DNA of 63,979 bases, counting the filler, from Reticulomyxa filosa (lineage: Eukaryota > Protista > Foraminifera): assembly GCA_000512085.1 (NCBI GenBank). It is 24 parts of 24 records of this genome, joined end to end, with 100 filler letters (N's around TTAATTAATTAA, not from the genome) between each part and the next. Parts side by side here need not be neighbours in the genome. Positions count along the whole stretch, not along the records: positions 36,768 to 38,588 come from ASPP01021404.1; positions 38,689 to 39,985 come from ASPP01000645.1; positions 40,086 to 41,560 come from ASPP01025126.1; positions 41,661 to 43,044 come from ASPP01028070.1; positions 43,145 to 44,198 come from ASPP01021010.1; positions 44,299 to 49,963 come from ASPP01008331.1; positions 50,064 to 51,832 come from ASPP01015876.1; 17 more parts are not named here. One strand, given 5' to 3'. Made by a program: the position numbers and the translations under genes. This document shows, one piece after another, positions 38,550 to 51,215 of the stretch (the stretch's first letter is position 1; every line of letters begins with the position of its first letter). A model generated the notes under the pieces. The model was not told the origin of the DNA and did no database searches. It saw only the letters and a list, made by a program, of their open reading frames with translations.

Positions 38550-41500
38550 TTTTTTTTTTGAACCAAAAAAAAAAAAAAAAAAAAAAAANNNNNNNNNNNN
38601 NNNNNNNNNNNNNNNNNNNNNNNNNNNNNNNNTTAATTAATTAANNNNNNNNNNNNNNNNNNNNNNNNNNNNNNNNNNNNNNNNNNNNAATCTTGGCATA
38701 ACACAGAAGAATTGTTATTGAGATTGACAGAAACGTTGTTTGTTTCTGGTATCAGGCATTTCCAATGCCACCATGATGCCGGCATTGATGGAAGCTAGTT
38801 CTGCCAAAAACAAAAGACGGGTATTTGCCTCGAGATTGCCAATTTCCCGAAAGGCGTCGAACACCCTTAAGGCTAAGCTAGGATTGATACACAAGCCGCC
38901 CGTTGCCAGTAAAAGAGTTACTATATCAATTACCAGGAGTTTGCACATCGGTACATTTAAAGCAACTGAGATCAATATACGCGGTAGGTTTTAAAGAAAA
39001 ACGTTGCCAAATGGTGATTAAAAACTACACAATACTAATAATATCACAAAAATCCAACCACTATAAAAATTTTTTAATCAATAATTTTCGGACTTTGACT
39101 TGAGGATTTTTGTTGTGTTGAACCGACTTGACTTTTTCGACGATTTTGAGATATATCGATATATCTACTTATTCTTAGTTTATTTGAAGTGATCTCGATA
39201 TAATCTTGACGATTTTTCACTATGGTCGTTAATGATGATAATATAGATTTAATTTTTTTTTTAGAGCTGCTATACTAAGGCTTAGAAATACAGGCTCATA
39301 AAAGAATTTATGCTTTTATCAGACTGTATTTTGTGATTGAAAAAAAGGCAATCCGGAGCAATAAAACTTTTATTTGCAATTCAAAAAAGATGCAGCAAGC
39401 AAATGTTCAAATTTGTGATTGTAATTCCAATGTATTTAATGGGACAAGTCTAGAATAAAAGTAGATATGTTGAATGAGTTATTTGGAAATTCTGGTATTG
39501 ATATTAACAATTCTGAGATCACATTATCGCAACAACGGCAATCAGCAATGGATATTGATGGCAATCCAAACAAAGCAAAGAAATGGAAATTACCAGAAAA
39601 TGCCAAGAAGAGAACGAACAAACTTCACAAATGCAAGTGCAAGTCGCTGTGCGACCTGAAGTGGATGAGAAAAAGAAAGTAGATTACTTTCTCCAACATG
39701 TGGAAATTTTCGTCAAAAATTCGACACAATTTCCTATATTCCGCATCCCGACACTGGTGATTACACCAATTCAAGCCAAGTCAGCAACATCAGCGCTTAA
39801 TATCCCAGACGTCAAATTTAAAAAAAATTAATATCACATTCATCATCATTGGCTAACTAAAAAAGCCAACAGGGGCAAATGCCAAAGCGAAAGGGAGTGA
39901 CAAAAAATTCCAAAATACATCTTTCAGTCTCATTAACAAAAGTTTTCGGACTATGTGCCAAAAAAAAAAAAAAAAAAAAAACGGANNNNNNNNNNNNNNN
40001 NNNNNNNNNNNNNNNNNNNNNNNNNNNNNTTAATTAATTAANNNNNNNNNNNNNNNNNNNNNNNNNNNNNNNNNNNNNNNNNNNNTAAAAATATGTAATA
40101 CTTTTTCAAAATTGTTAACTAAAAAAAAACAAAAAGATTGTTTATTTATGTTGTAAACAGGTTTTAAACAGCGATTTTGCGAAAGAGAAAATAATAATTG
40201 TAAGGAATTCTTTATTTTAATACAGCAATAAAGGTGACATAATTTGCTTACACTATAATGGTAAATTGTGTCAAACGTGTTGCTAAAAGCAAATCTTAGA
40301 CTGAACACAAAATAAAAGAATCTCTAATATTCTTTTATAAATATTGCGGTCTTACAACGTGTTTTTTCCGTACAAACATAAAAATCATTGTAATCTTTCA
40401 AATAAATAGATGTCGTGATGCGCTGTACTTTTTAAATTCAATGTAAAAAAGTGTTTTCAATTGTTTTGATAATTGGGATCGGGGCGTGAATCTTTACATT
40501 AATAATTTTAATGGTTTTGTTGTTTGAAAAACATTTTGCAATTCCGATAACCATTTTTTTATGGATTGTACTTAAGTGAGGAAGTTGGATACGCATCAAA
40601 TATTCCAAGTTCGACAAATAAAAATAAATTTGAAAGTTTCGTACTTTGCTTAATCGTGTAAAGTTTACCAATTTTTTAAGTTGCAATTGAGTAAAGCGGA
40701 TTTAGAAAAAAGTAATACCAATTAACAATGATACACAAGACGGAAAAACAGTATCAAAGCAATAACAGACGACTTTTCATCACTTAAAAAAAGGAAGACA
40801 AAACACTAAAACATTCAAAAAACAGCTCCCCTTGCACAAGACAGTTTGTTCCTTTTCTTTCTGTATGCCAGTCTGGTCAGAGGCTTTATTTTTTTATTTT
40901 TTTGATAAAATGCGTGTAATAAACTTGCAACTCTACTTTTGTTCACTTGGCTTTCACTACAGAAACAAGCTAAGAAGAAAAAAAGATGAACTTGAATTGT
41001 TGCCTTATTTTGTCAGTTGTCACTGGCTAAAATAATTTTATGATCAATTATAAACAGACAAGCTCCCTTTTTGTTCTTGGCTGCTTTTTCAACAAAAAAA
41101 TTCCGATAAGCCAAAAACCAATGTGCTTTAGTACCATTCGAAAGCTAATATTCAATCATTAAAGAAAAGAAATTATTATATGCTGAACTTTTGAAAATAT
41201 TAATACTATAGTAATGCTTATCTCGGTAACATTCTAAAAGAATTTCTGGACGTTTTTACAAATTTGTCGATGATTTCAATGAACCTTTCTCTACTCTGTT
41301 TTCATGACTGCTTTCACTTTTTATAAAATTTGCTAGCAGATGTCTATCAAATGCATGTCCAAATAAGTTTTGGAAGATCATTTTTTTTGCAAAGAAGAAT
41401 AAGAAGTTTTCTGCTCAGAAAACTGTGCTCCATTTGAATTCAGTTGAGAATGTATAGCTCTAAATAAGTTATCAACTCTTTTTCGCGTGTTCGACTTGGT

Positions 41501-42622
41501 CCGTTGAAAGAATTATATCATTTATTAACAAGCAAAAAAAAAAACCCCAAAATGAACTGANNNNNNNNNNNNNNNNNNNNNNNNNNNNNNNNNNNNNNNN
41601 NNNNTTAATTAATTAANNNNNNNNNNNNNNNNNNNNNNNNNNNNNNNNNNNNNNNNNNNNTCTAACAAGGGCGAGCAGGCAGTAAATCTTTGTAGCTTGT
41701 TGTCAAGAGACAAACATTCTGTATCTTAAAAAAAACTAAACTACGCTTCCTTTTGTAACCCAATGTTTTAACTGACTTGATTGATTTAATAATAAAATAA
41801 TTCTATAAGCATAATTTCAAAATAAATAAATAAAGATATTTTTTAAATTGAAAATACAAAAACAAAATACGACGAGTTGAAGAGTTCCTTCAAAAGGGCC
41901 TAGTTCCAATTTTTTATTTTTTTATGCGTCATCATTCGTTTCATTACCTATTTTCAAAACCTAGAAAGGTAATATTCTCATTCCTGGATTTTTGGAGAAA
42001 CTTTGTGCATAAGAGTGGTTGAAATTGTTCAAATAGGTATCATGACGTTTTTTTTCACTTAAAAAAAATTTCTTTATTATATCCAAGTTATTTATATTAT
42101 TTAATCTATTATAATAAATTGAAAAATTATTAAATCTTTTGATACTATTGCAGCCAAAATTATTTTTTTTCATATTTGACTAAATAAAGAATATGGATAC
42201 GTGCTGACAATTATTAAAGAGACTACATCGTGATAAACATGTTGTTTACTTTTTATCAACTATCGCAACAAATAATAAAAGAAAATTAGAAAAATATAAA
42301 CGCTGTGCAAAACAGGGAATAGATAATAGGAAGAAGTAACTAAAAATCAATTCACTTCCAAGGATTTTTGAGATGAAATTTACTCTTTAAATAAGCAACT
42401 TTTCGATCTGCATTTCCTTTGATTCATTAGTTTTTGATTTCTTCGCAATCATTTTATATTAATCGCTTGGAGTAATCACATTATCTTTGGCTGCATATTA
42501 GTTAGTTTTGATTATTTAACCTTGCAACAAGATTATCACAAAAAACCTACAAATCTCTTTTTTGTAGTAGTTGGGGGGAGATCAATAAATTTGAGTATCT
42601 TCAGTTCACCAGCCAAATAAAA

Positions 42623-43017
42623 ATGTTGCATTTTTAAGTCCATTTATTTTTTTGTTCTTGTTTTAATTTTCCCCGTTGTTTGACACAAGTAATAAAACGA
42701 AAATCAAAGGGCTCAATTGGTACAGGTAGTGAACAGCCAAGCTTCAATCTATGCTTTGCAGGCCAGCCAATGGCAAGAACGAGGCCAGAGCGGTCAATTG
42801 ATGCTATATTACTACTCAACCTCACCACATGATTTATTGATACGTTGGTGGAAGGGTGATCAGTCTCTTGCCTACCAATTAGTCCATGGCAAGCTGAAAC
42901 CAAAAGGAGACAGATCATGGGTGTTGCGAGCATATGTATGCCTCAATACACACAATATCAAATATATTGTCATCTCCGATCCATACAACAACAAACCACA
43001 GCTTTTTGTTCGCTATG
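42623..43017 (+). CDS. RanBD/EVH1-like PH-fold protein, 5' part
   Basis: ASIY..QWQERG..GQLMLY and KLKPKGDRSWVL resemble the RanBP1 motifs WKERG and KP..SDRAWVW. Confidence 0.55.
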
Positions 43018-43159
43018 GTTCTTTTTTTTTTTTTTTTTTACATGNNNNNNNNNNNNNNNNNNNNNNNNNNNNNNNNNNNNNNNNNNNNTTAATTAATTAA
43101 NNNNNNNNNNNNNNNNNNNNNNNNNNNNNNNNNNNNNNNNNNNNAAAAAAAAAAGAAGA

Positions 43160-44152
43160 ACTCATTTTGTTGCTTGGCAAAGCCGAAATCAACTAATTTG
43201 CAATATCCATTGGAGCCAAGTAATAAATTTTCTGGTTTCAAATCTCGAAAAATGAGGTTTTTGCTATGGACATGTTCAAGCGCACAAACAACGCAGCTGG
43301 CGTAAAAACGTGCAACCGGTTCTTCGAATCTCTTGTTGTAGCGTAGCAAATAAAACAACTCTCCCCCCAAAACGCATTCCATCAGCAAATAGACATTGAG
43401 TTCGTCTTGGTACGTGGCATACATTCGCACGCAAAAATCATTTTGCAAACTTGCAAGTATTTGTCTCTCATTTTGAATATGCATCTGTTGTCCCGTGTCG
43501 ACAACTTTGTTCTTGCGGATTTTTTTCAACGCGTACGTTTGTTTGGTCTTGGGGTCTTCCACCAATGATACCACTCCAAATGCACCAGCACCTAACACTG
43601 TCAAGCGAGTAAAATCTTGCAGTTTGCAGTCCACACGATTGACAAACTTTTTGTTGTTATTGCTGTTGTTGTTGCTGTTGTTGTTGCTTGTTGTTGTTGA
43701 TTTCGGGTTTGCTTTTTCGATCGGAAGACGTAGTCCTCTCTTTAATTAAGCCTTTGTCGCTATTTTGATCTTCTTTTTGCTCTTCTGCATCTTCCATGTC
43801 AGAAACGCAAATGTCTGGTTTGGAGTCCAGCTCTTCCATCACTCGACGAAACATATGTGCTGGCAATGCATAGCATTTCAACACTTTGGATGTCACGCGG
43901 ATTGTCAATTCATGTGCTTGCTTGTGTTGTATTTCTTTGTCCCCAAAAAAGATGGGCGTACTCTTGCTCCCTTCGAATGTTTTGACTAGCACTTGCTTGC
44001 AATCCTTTGAATCGTATTTCATGCCCTCGGCTGTACCACTCACAATTATTTGAAAAAATGGTGCGCACTCGCCTTCTATCGTTACTTGTTCTCCGCGATG
44101 ATAGGTAACAGGTTGCAAGTTGTCACAAATTGTTATCAGTTGATCACCTGTG
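43160..44152 (-). CDS. cGMP-dependent protein kinase-like (cNMP-binding plus AGC kinase), internal fragment
   Basis: IIVSG..FFGD cNMP fold, then [39 protein letters not shown]. 1-nt frameshift in the CAA tract near 43688. Confidence 0.9.
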
Positions 44153-44155
44153 CAG

Positions 44156-44198
<43 letters not shown>

Positions 44199-44395
44199 NN
44201 NNNNNNNNNNNNNNNNNNNNNNNNNNNNNNNNNNNNNNNNNNTTAATTAATTAANNNNNNNNNNNNNNNNNNNNNNNNNNNNNNNNNNNNNNNNNNNNTA
44301 TTTACAAGCAACAAAAAAAAAAAAAAAAAAAGTTGGAGCCGCTCGAAATAAGAAAACGAGCCAGTATGAATAAATAACAAACGACAGATGGCCGC

Positions 44396-45174
44396 CCAAT
44401 TGTGAAATATCCCTAAATACAAAGAAACAGTGCTTTGAAGTGAAAACATTGGAAGAGATCCAGCCAAACGAAGAGCTATACATATGTTACGAGGAATCCA
44501 TGATTCCCAATATCATTTTGTTTTTGAAATATGGGTTCATTCTTGACAACCATTGGCACGACAGCTATATCAATGACCAACTCTGTTCTGAACATTCCAC
44601 AAAGACACTATTGCCCTCGTTAATCCAATTTTGTGAAGCCCTTTTAGCCAACTATCATGACAATAACAATAATAATAATCAACATGTGAATAAACAAGAC
44701 TATGACACATTGATAGAAGCATTGGAACAACATGGTCACACATTATATTGGATTCAGCCCAGTTTTGCACAATGATCAATTCTTACCTTTGTCATTCACG
44801 CCTTACATATTTACCTCGTCTCACAGACGAAGGTCCATGAGATATGCACTTTTTTTATTTCTTTGTTTGTTGTTGGATGTAATACTGCTTCTTTATCAGA
44901 GTACAGTAAAGAGGATGTGAATGTCAATGATCCCAAAATTCTGGAGGTCTGGAATGACTATATTTTGAAAAAAATGCAAGTGTTGAGTGACGCTTTTATT
45001 CAGGTACAAGAATTGACATTGGACGAAAAAGACACCGTGCGTAAACAATCACCTACTGAATTTGAATTGGACAAACAAATTCTTTGCCATCTTATTACCT
45101 ATTGGCAACAAAAATTTCTTCGGCTCTCTCTCGTTGTTCAGACCTTACAAGATTTTACGTCTCGAACTAAATGA
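44396..45174 (+). CDS. SET-domain (Rubisco LSMT/SETD3-like) protein, C-terminal part, with one in-frame TGA
   Basis: IQPNEELYICYE..NIILFLKYGFI SET signature. The frame stays open after TGA 44773-44775 through to 45174. Confidence 0.7.
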
Positions 45175-45813
45175 TTTGGCTTTGTTTCTTGTACGTTGAT
45201 TTATCCCCTTAGTATTTACTTTTTCCAAGCTCCAATATCCATCCTACAGCTAGTTCCCAATACATAATAATAATCAAAATCCTTCTCTTGTGTCTAAATA
45301 TCGAATTGATCCCAACCACTTTCTTTCTGAAGAAAGAAAGACGGGGCAACGAATAAAATGTGTTGCCTGACTTTGCTTGGAATTTCCAATTACATAATAT
45401 TTTTTAACCTCTTCTATCACAGCTGTAATTGTCGAAAATTTTTCAATCATTTTAAAAGTAATTTTACATAATCGACAACACACAAGGAAATCTATTGCAT
45501 CAATTAAGTAGTTTCCGCAAAATTATTTGACAAGATCTCATCAAAGTTGCAGTAGTTCGATGTTTATACCTTGTACAGTGTGAAGTTCTGCCCTGCTGTC
45601 CTTCTCTAACGAAGGCATTCTGGGCTCGAAAGAAGTACATGTAGTTACAAAAAAAAACAAGTATAATTTGATTCACAATGGCAAATGCGTAATTAACCCA
45701 TTTGTGCTGGAAAAAAAAACACACTGGCAGACAAGTTATGCACACATATAATGACCCGATTTCACTTTTTGGGATCTTTTCTTGATTTTTTTCTTGTTGG
45801 TACTCTTGCTGTC

Positions 45814-47335
45814 TTATTCCTTCCTGTCGTACAATTTTTTTTTAACACGTAAGAAAAAGTAACTTTTGCAATTTTTTTCTGCCCTTAACTGTTGATTTTT
45901 GATGATACCATAGGAATCATGTTTACTTGACGTATCAGTTGCTAACGATCCTTCTTCCCATTTGCTTTGGACACCACTGTGTCTATCCGTTCCTTTAACC
46001 TTTACAATGCCATAGCTGTCATGTTGGCTGGAGGTGTCTGTTCGCAATGCACCTTGTTCCCATTTGCTTTGAGCACCACTGTGTTTGTCCATTCCTTTTA
46101 CTTTTACAATACCATAGCTGTCGTGTTGGCTCGAGGTATCATTCTGCAGCGCGCCCTGCTCCCATTTGCTTTGAGCTCCACTATGCTTATCCATTCCTTT
46201 TACTTTTACAATGCCATAGGTGTCGTGTTGGCTGGAGGTATCATTCTGCACCGCGCCCTGCTCCCATTTGCTTTGAGCACCACTATGCTTGTCCATATCC
46301 TTGCTGTAATTTTTATGTTGTTTCATTTTAGTGCAGTGTTTTTTGCAAAAAAACCCAAATATCAAATTAAAAACCTTCCTCAAACTTATATCACTTACCC
46401 TTTAACGATTCCGTAAGCATCAATATTCTCTGTTTTATTCTCTTTGTCTCCTTGGCTCCACAATGGAACGGCGCTTTTGCCCTTCGCCAAAACCTTCAGA
46501 AAGCCATACATTCAAAAAAATTATATACAAAAAAATACTTTCCATAATTTTCTTAAAAAAAAAAATCTTTAAAAGTTCAGTTTGTTTACCTCCTCGGAGA
46601 AATTTCTTTCATTTTTCTCCGCGTATTTGACACCAATGTAAGGACCAGGAAAAGAAGGGATCTTTCTTGAGGCTGCGCTCAATGCGAAAATGTTGTCAAT
46701 AACCTTTTTTTTTACGCGTTCCCCGGCGTTTAAAATTTTTTTTAATACTTTCCCTCCCCTTTGGTCAAAAAAAAAAATATCAAAACTGCTTTTGGGCGTT
46801 GTCCATCATACAAATCTCTGTACAACAACACAAACAATGATTGGTTTACAATAAGAGAGCGAAAATTAAAAAAAAGGTAATGTAGAAACAGAGATTTTAA
46901 CCTGCTTTCAAAACGATCGGTTTTTGGGACGCCAAGCTTTTCACATCCGTTCAAATAGATTTCAATGTTTTCACGGCAAGCAAAAGCAACCTTTGGCTGG
47001 GACTTGTACTTGCTATACGGCGAGGATTTTGCGTTTAATTATGATCACGTTCCCCCCCCCCCCCAAGACCTTGATCATCATGTTAATAGGGTAGACTTGT
47101 TAGTGTTTCAAAACAAACTATCTTACCTGCAAGTACCAGGTTGAATTGCATTTGCCAAATTACACAACACCACTCCATCTTTCAGCACTTCCATCAAACT
47201 GCCTGCGAATTTCTGGTTCAATACTTTTTGTTTTTACGTTGTCGTTTTATGAAGTTTTTTTTGAACGTATATAAACAACACACCAGTTTCAATCCATTTC
47301 TTGGCTTCTTGTTCTCTGTCAGTATCGGCTGCCAT
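45814..47335 (-). CDS. Calponin/transgelin-like CH-domain protein with 34-aa C-terminal repeats
   Basis: Spliced: EAKKWIE..LKDGVVLCNLANAIQPG..ENIEIYLNGCEKLGVP..F..DLYD..VIDNIFALS..GPYIGVKYAEKNERNFSEE, then tandem repeats. The 3' end is uncertain. Confidence 0.9.
45899..46296 (-). repeat. About four 102-bp coding tandem repeats
   Basis: Unit MDKHSGAQSKWEQGA(V/L)xxDTSSQHD(T/S)YGIVKVKG. Confidence 0.95.
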
Positions 47336-48065
47336 AGTTTCTAGAGATAAATTATCTTCTCTTACAAAAGAACTAACAATGGAAAAGTCACAATGACAAA
47401 TGAATAGGTTTCTCTTGATGTATCCTTTTTAAAGATGAACCTTTTTTTATTTTCTATTTCCTTTGCTAAGGAAAGAAAACAAAAAATATCAGTGCAATGT
47501 TATATGGTGTGATATTTAATAAATTTTCCGTTATGTAATTCTGATAAGGCACTATACTTGCGGTCACAAACAATAAAAAAGTATAGTATAGGAACAATAT
47601 ATTTGTTTCTGTTATTTCGATGCTTCTCACCGCTCAATCCATTGAGAAAAGCTTTTTTTTTAATTGGTCATATCATTCTTGTATTTGTTAGTTGTCCAGC
47701 TTTCATTTTAATAAAAGTGAATCTATTGTCTTGTATTCCTTTAGTTTTCTTGGGCAAATTTTATTTTATTCTGTTATTTTTAGATGTTTAAAAAGATGAA
47801 TAGTTGAATGAGTATAAAAACAATTCGTACATTAGACGCATTATTTTAACGCAAAAAAAGAAATCGTTGATTAGTGCAAGCAAAACAGTAGTACAGTATT
47901 TAAGGAATGTTTACCGTGACGTCAACTCAAAAGGCCATTTAAAACTGTCATTTTCCTAAATAAACTGTAAAAAGTTTTTCTATTTTAGAAAGATTAAAAA
48001 AAAAAGAAAGAACGTGAATAATTTGCCAAAAATGAATTATTATTATCATTTATTTATTAATTCTG

Positions 48066-49928
48066 CTAGACAATTTTGTCTTCCAAAAACTCTCGCATGC
48101 GCTTAGCATAAAAGTCAGGGGGCACAGCACTGATCGTTTTGGGATCATGTTTCAGTGAAACAGTGAAGTGTTCAAGTTTTTTTCTGCGATTATATTTTTG
48201 CAAAATGTCGATTAAGCCACAAAAATAGATTTCATTGCCTTTGTTACCATGTTCATCCTCCCAGCACATACCACCATATTCACTAGTGAATGGGTTTTGT
48301 GATTGCAATTCCTTCTCTTCCATTTCCTCTTCGCCAAGCTCTTGGCTCAGAGACTGTACAATAGATTTCTCCGTGTTGTCCCCATTCGTTTCTGTACTAT
48401 TACGCGAGTGTGATTCAAATCGACTCTCGGTCTTTGCATTAGTTGTGCTAGTGCTGTTGTCGATGATTGTGCGTACTCCATTATCCGCATTTTCGCGGTT
48501 GTCTGAAGCCGCATTATTATTATTGGCGTCCCCTGTGGCATTATTGGGTTCATTTGCGGCTTTGTTCGAGCCAATTCCCGACAGCAGCTGCAGCCCAAAC
48601 TCGGAAGGGGTGGTCTTTTTATACAATTTTGGTCGTTTCACTTTGACAAAACTAGTAGGTCCATTAGTGTTATTGGAAGCATTACCGTTGACTTCGTCTT
48701 TGTCCGCTATCAATCCTCCACCTCCGCCGTCCACGACCTCCTCGTTTTCGGGGATGGTCCTGATGTCAGATGGATGAAAGTACTCATCCGGATCATCTGG
48801 CGGATATTGGTTTTTTTCATTGTCTTCATCAGCTGCTTCTTTTTTTGTCTCCGCTTCCAATGTACCGTCTTCTTTTGGTAATGACTTAGTATTGTCTTTG
48901 GCCAAGTTGTCCGTTGGCACTTCTTTTTCTTTGTCCTTTTCTTTTTCTTTTTCCTTTTCCTTTTTCTTTTTCTTTTTCCTTTTCTTTTTTCGGCTTCTTC
49001 ATTCTCCAACAAATCTCGACGGCAAATGCCCACTAACAACGAGTAATCCATTATTTTCATTTGTCGTAAGAACTTTTTTTTAATTTGTTTGTTTTATTTA
49101 TTTTACATTAAAAAAAAAAAAATTAATTGATTGGTGATGAATAGGAAATGAAAATCAACTTCAGTATCTCTCCGCAATTGCTCTTTGAACAACTTGGCTT
49201 TAATAGGTCCGACTTGTATTAATTGCCCGTTATCAAGAAAGTCCAAATCTTTCAAAATTGCACCGACTTCTTTATCTTTTACTGTTGCTTTTCTGCCTTT
49301 TGTTGAGCCCTTTGTTTTTTTTTTGTTTTTTGTTTTGCTAAATTCAACCACTTCAGACAACAATATGTCAGTATACGTGTACACACCCACATGGCAATTT
49401 TTTTTTTAAACCCCCCTTTTTTTTTTAATTAAAAAAAAAAATATATACAATAACTTTAAGATCATATTGTACATGGATAGGCAATTTGGTATAAAAAACA
49501 GACCCCATGATGAGAATGTAGATGGGAGATCTTCCATGAACGGTAATACGATGCATGCCAAAAAATTTGGTGACTAAAGTGTGGGGTTGTCTGGACACAT
49601 ATTTGAAGTAATGTGGCAAGATTTTCGGAGAAATAAAGACTCGCTGTGTGTCATCGTTTTGATTAAAAATTGCTTGTTGTGACTAAAGAAAAAAAATTGT
49701 CCTGATTTGCTATTGCTCAAGAATTCTAAGAAGTTGAAATCACCTGTGACCGTCACTAAATACTCTGCTGCATTGATCCCAAACCACTCACGCAACTGGC
49801 GAAATATCTCCGGGCAATAGTCCTTAAATCGAAAGTCACGCATTGCATGGGCTGGTGTATGCTCTGTTCCTTTGTGAGGAAACGTAAACTTTAATGCTCT
49901 TTGAAAGTCTGATTCCAACTCTTCGTCG

Positions 49929-49930
<2 letters not shown>
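48066..49930 (-). CDS. Phosphatidylinositol-phosphate 5-kinase family (5' partial)
   Basis: FRFKDYCPEIFRQLREWFGI, SKSGQFFFFS, FLIKT, YDLKGSTKGR, LKDLDF, IMDYSLLVGI, GLIDILQKY, ISAVPP.FYAKR. Confidence 0.95.
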
Positions 49931-49963
<33 letters not shown>

Positions 49964-50064
49964 NNNNNNNNNNNNNNNNNNNNNNNNNNNNNNNNNNNNN
50001 NNNNNNNTTAATTAATTAANNNNNNNNNNNNNNNNNNNNNNNNNNNNNNNNNNNNNNNNNNNNG

Positions 50065-50148
50065 ATCGCGCGCATCGCCCCGGTCAGCGAGCAGCTCATC
50101 CTGTGCTACGTCGCCGAAAGGGTGCTGGGACTGCCGAAGAGCTACTGA
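50065..50148 (+). CDS. Acyl-CoA dehydrogenase, C-terminal end
   Basis: IARIAPVSEQLILCYVAERVLGLPKSY* is a typical ACAD C-terminus. Confidence 0.85.
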   Translation: MARIAPVSEQLILCYVAERVLGLPKSY

Positions 50149-50617
50149 GCGCCGGGCGGCAACTCCTGCACCCGCTTGCCGCGCATGACTCCGGCACGCC
50201 CCTCCACGTCGCGCTTCGAGAAGGCCGCGCAGTTGGGCACCCAGCGACCGGGCACGGCATGGATCTGCGCAAACACCTGTGCACCGTTTGCAACCGCGAC
50301 GCGCGCGCTCGAGCTGTGTCCGGCGTCCCCTCCCTCGCAGCGAACCGTGTAGTTGCCGGCGGCAGGTTCAACAGGAACCAGGTATCGTCATCGAGGATGC
50401 CGAGTTTCCGGGTCTCGCCCCTGTCGTTCACCAGCATCACGCGGAATCGCGACGTACGGTCCAGCGGGCTGTCACCTGTGCGGAAGATATAGAGAGCGCC
50501 GAGACCTGCGGGCGGCGTCTCGAACCGCTTACCAGCGGCATCGCTTTGCGGATCGGCCATCGGCAACGCACAAGCCGCCACCACCAGACATCCAAGGAGG
50601 CCCCAAATCCCCCGCAT
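50142..50617 (-). CDS. DUF2846-like lipoprotein (1-nt frameshift near 50355)
   Basis: Lipobox LVVAAC, then ADPQSDAAGKRF..PP..GALYIFR and LNLPPG-NYTVRC; ends GRAGVMRGKRV. Confidence 0.65.
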
Positions 50618-50828
50618 AGGCGTCTCCAGCATTTCCAAGACCAGCTGCCTTCGGTCGCAGAACTCCGGCACTCATGCAACTGCAGAAGTCGGCCATTTCT
50701 GCTGAGTGGGAAATTCAGGCGAAATTCGGGCAAGCCGAGGCGATTGTATCCTTTGTATTAGCAACCCATTGGCGATTCAGGACGTTTGTCCAGTAGCTGA
50801 TCGCAACCAATTCACCGGGGCCGTCCAA

Positions 50829-51212
50829 ATGACTCGCAACCAGCTGAATGCCGGTCTCGCGCTGGGTAGCGTGTTTCTCATGGCAGGCATCGTGGTCCTC
50901 GCGCCGCCAGTTCCGCCGGCTTCGGCCCAGAGCCAGGCCGACCGGATTTGCCGCGAGCAGGGCATTACCGCGAAAACCGAAGGCTACGAATATTGCCTAT
51001 CCCAGGCCACGCGCGCGATTGAATGGGGCAAGCCGGAGATCGCCTACACGATGGCGCGGGTAACCGCCGACGCTCGCGATTCCTGCCTTGAATCCGGCCT
51101 GTCTCCGGCCACGTCCGGCTACAAGAACTGCATGGAACGCGAGACGCACGCCCGCAGTCTGCTCGTGTTCACCGACGAGCCGCAATACGACCGGGACATC
51201 GCTCGGCAGTAG
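50829..51212 (+). CDS. Secreted hypothetical protein with duplicated CxxxG..GYxxC motif
   Basis: Signal peptide ending ASA; ICREQG..EGYEYCL and SCLESG..SGYKNCM. Confidence 0.75.
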   Translation: MTRNQLNAGLALGSVFLMAGIVVLAPPVPPASAQSQADRICREQGITAKTEGYEYCLSQATRAIEWGKPEIAYTMARVTADARDSCLESGLSPATSGYKNCMERETHARSLLVFTDEPQYDRDIARQ

Positions 51213-51215
51213 GCG

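Noticed and set aside
38715-38990. ORF with faint histone H2A/H2B-like words (PRIL..ATGG..INPSL; DAFREIG; RLLFLAELA)
   Set aside because: Spacing does not fit a histone fold and the similarity is too sparse to call without a profile search.
39440-39960. Overlapping short ORFs
   Set aside because: No motif or consistent gene model.
40086-42600. AT-rich stretches with short ORFs
   Set aside because: No coding, RNA-gene or repeat signal I can support.
45899-46296. Regular repeats resembling a CRISPR array
   Set aside because: No unique spacers, in-frame 102-bp coding units, and no cas genes.
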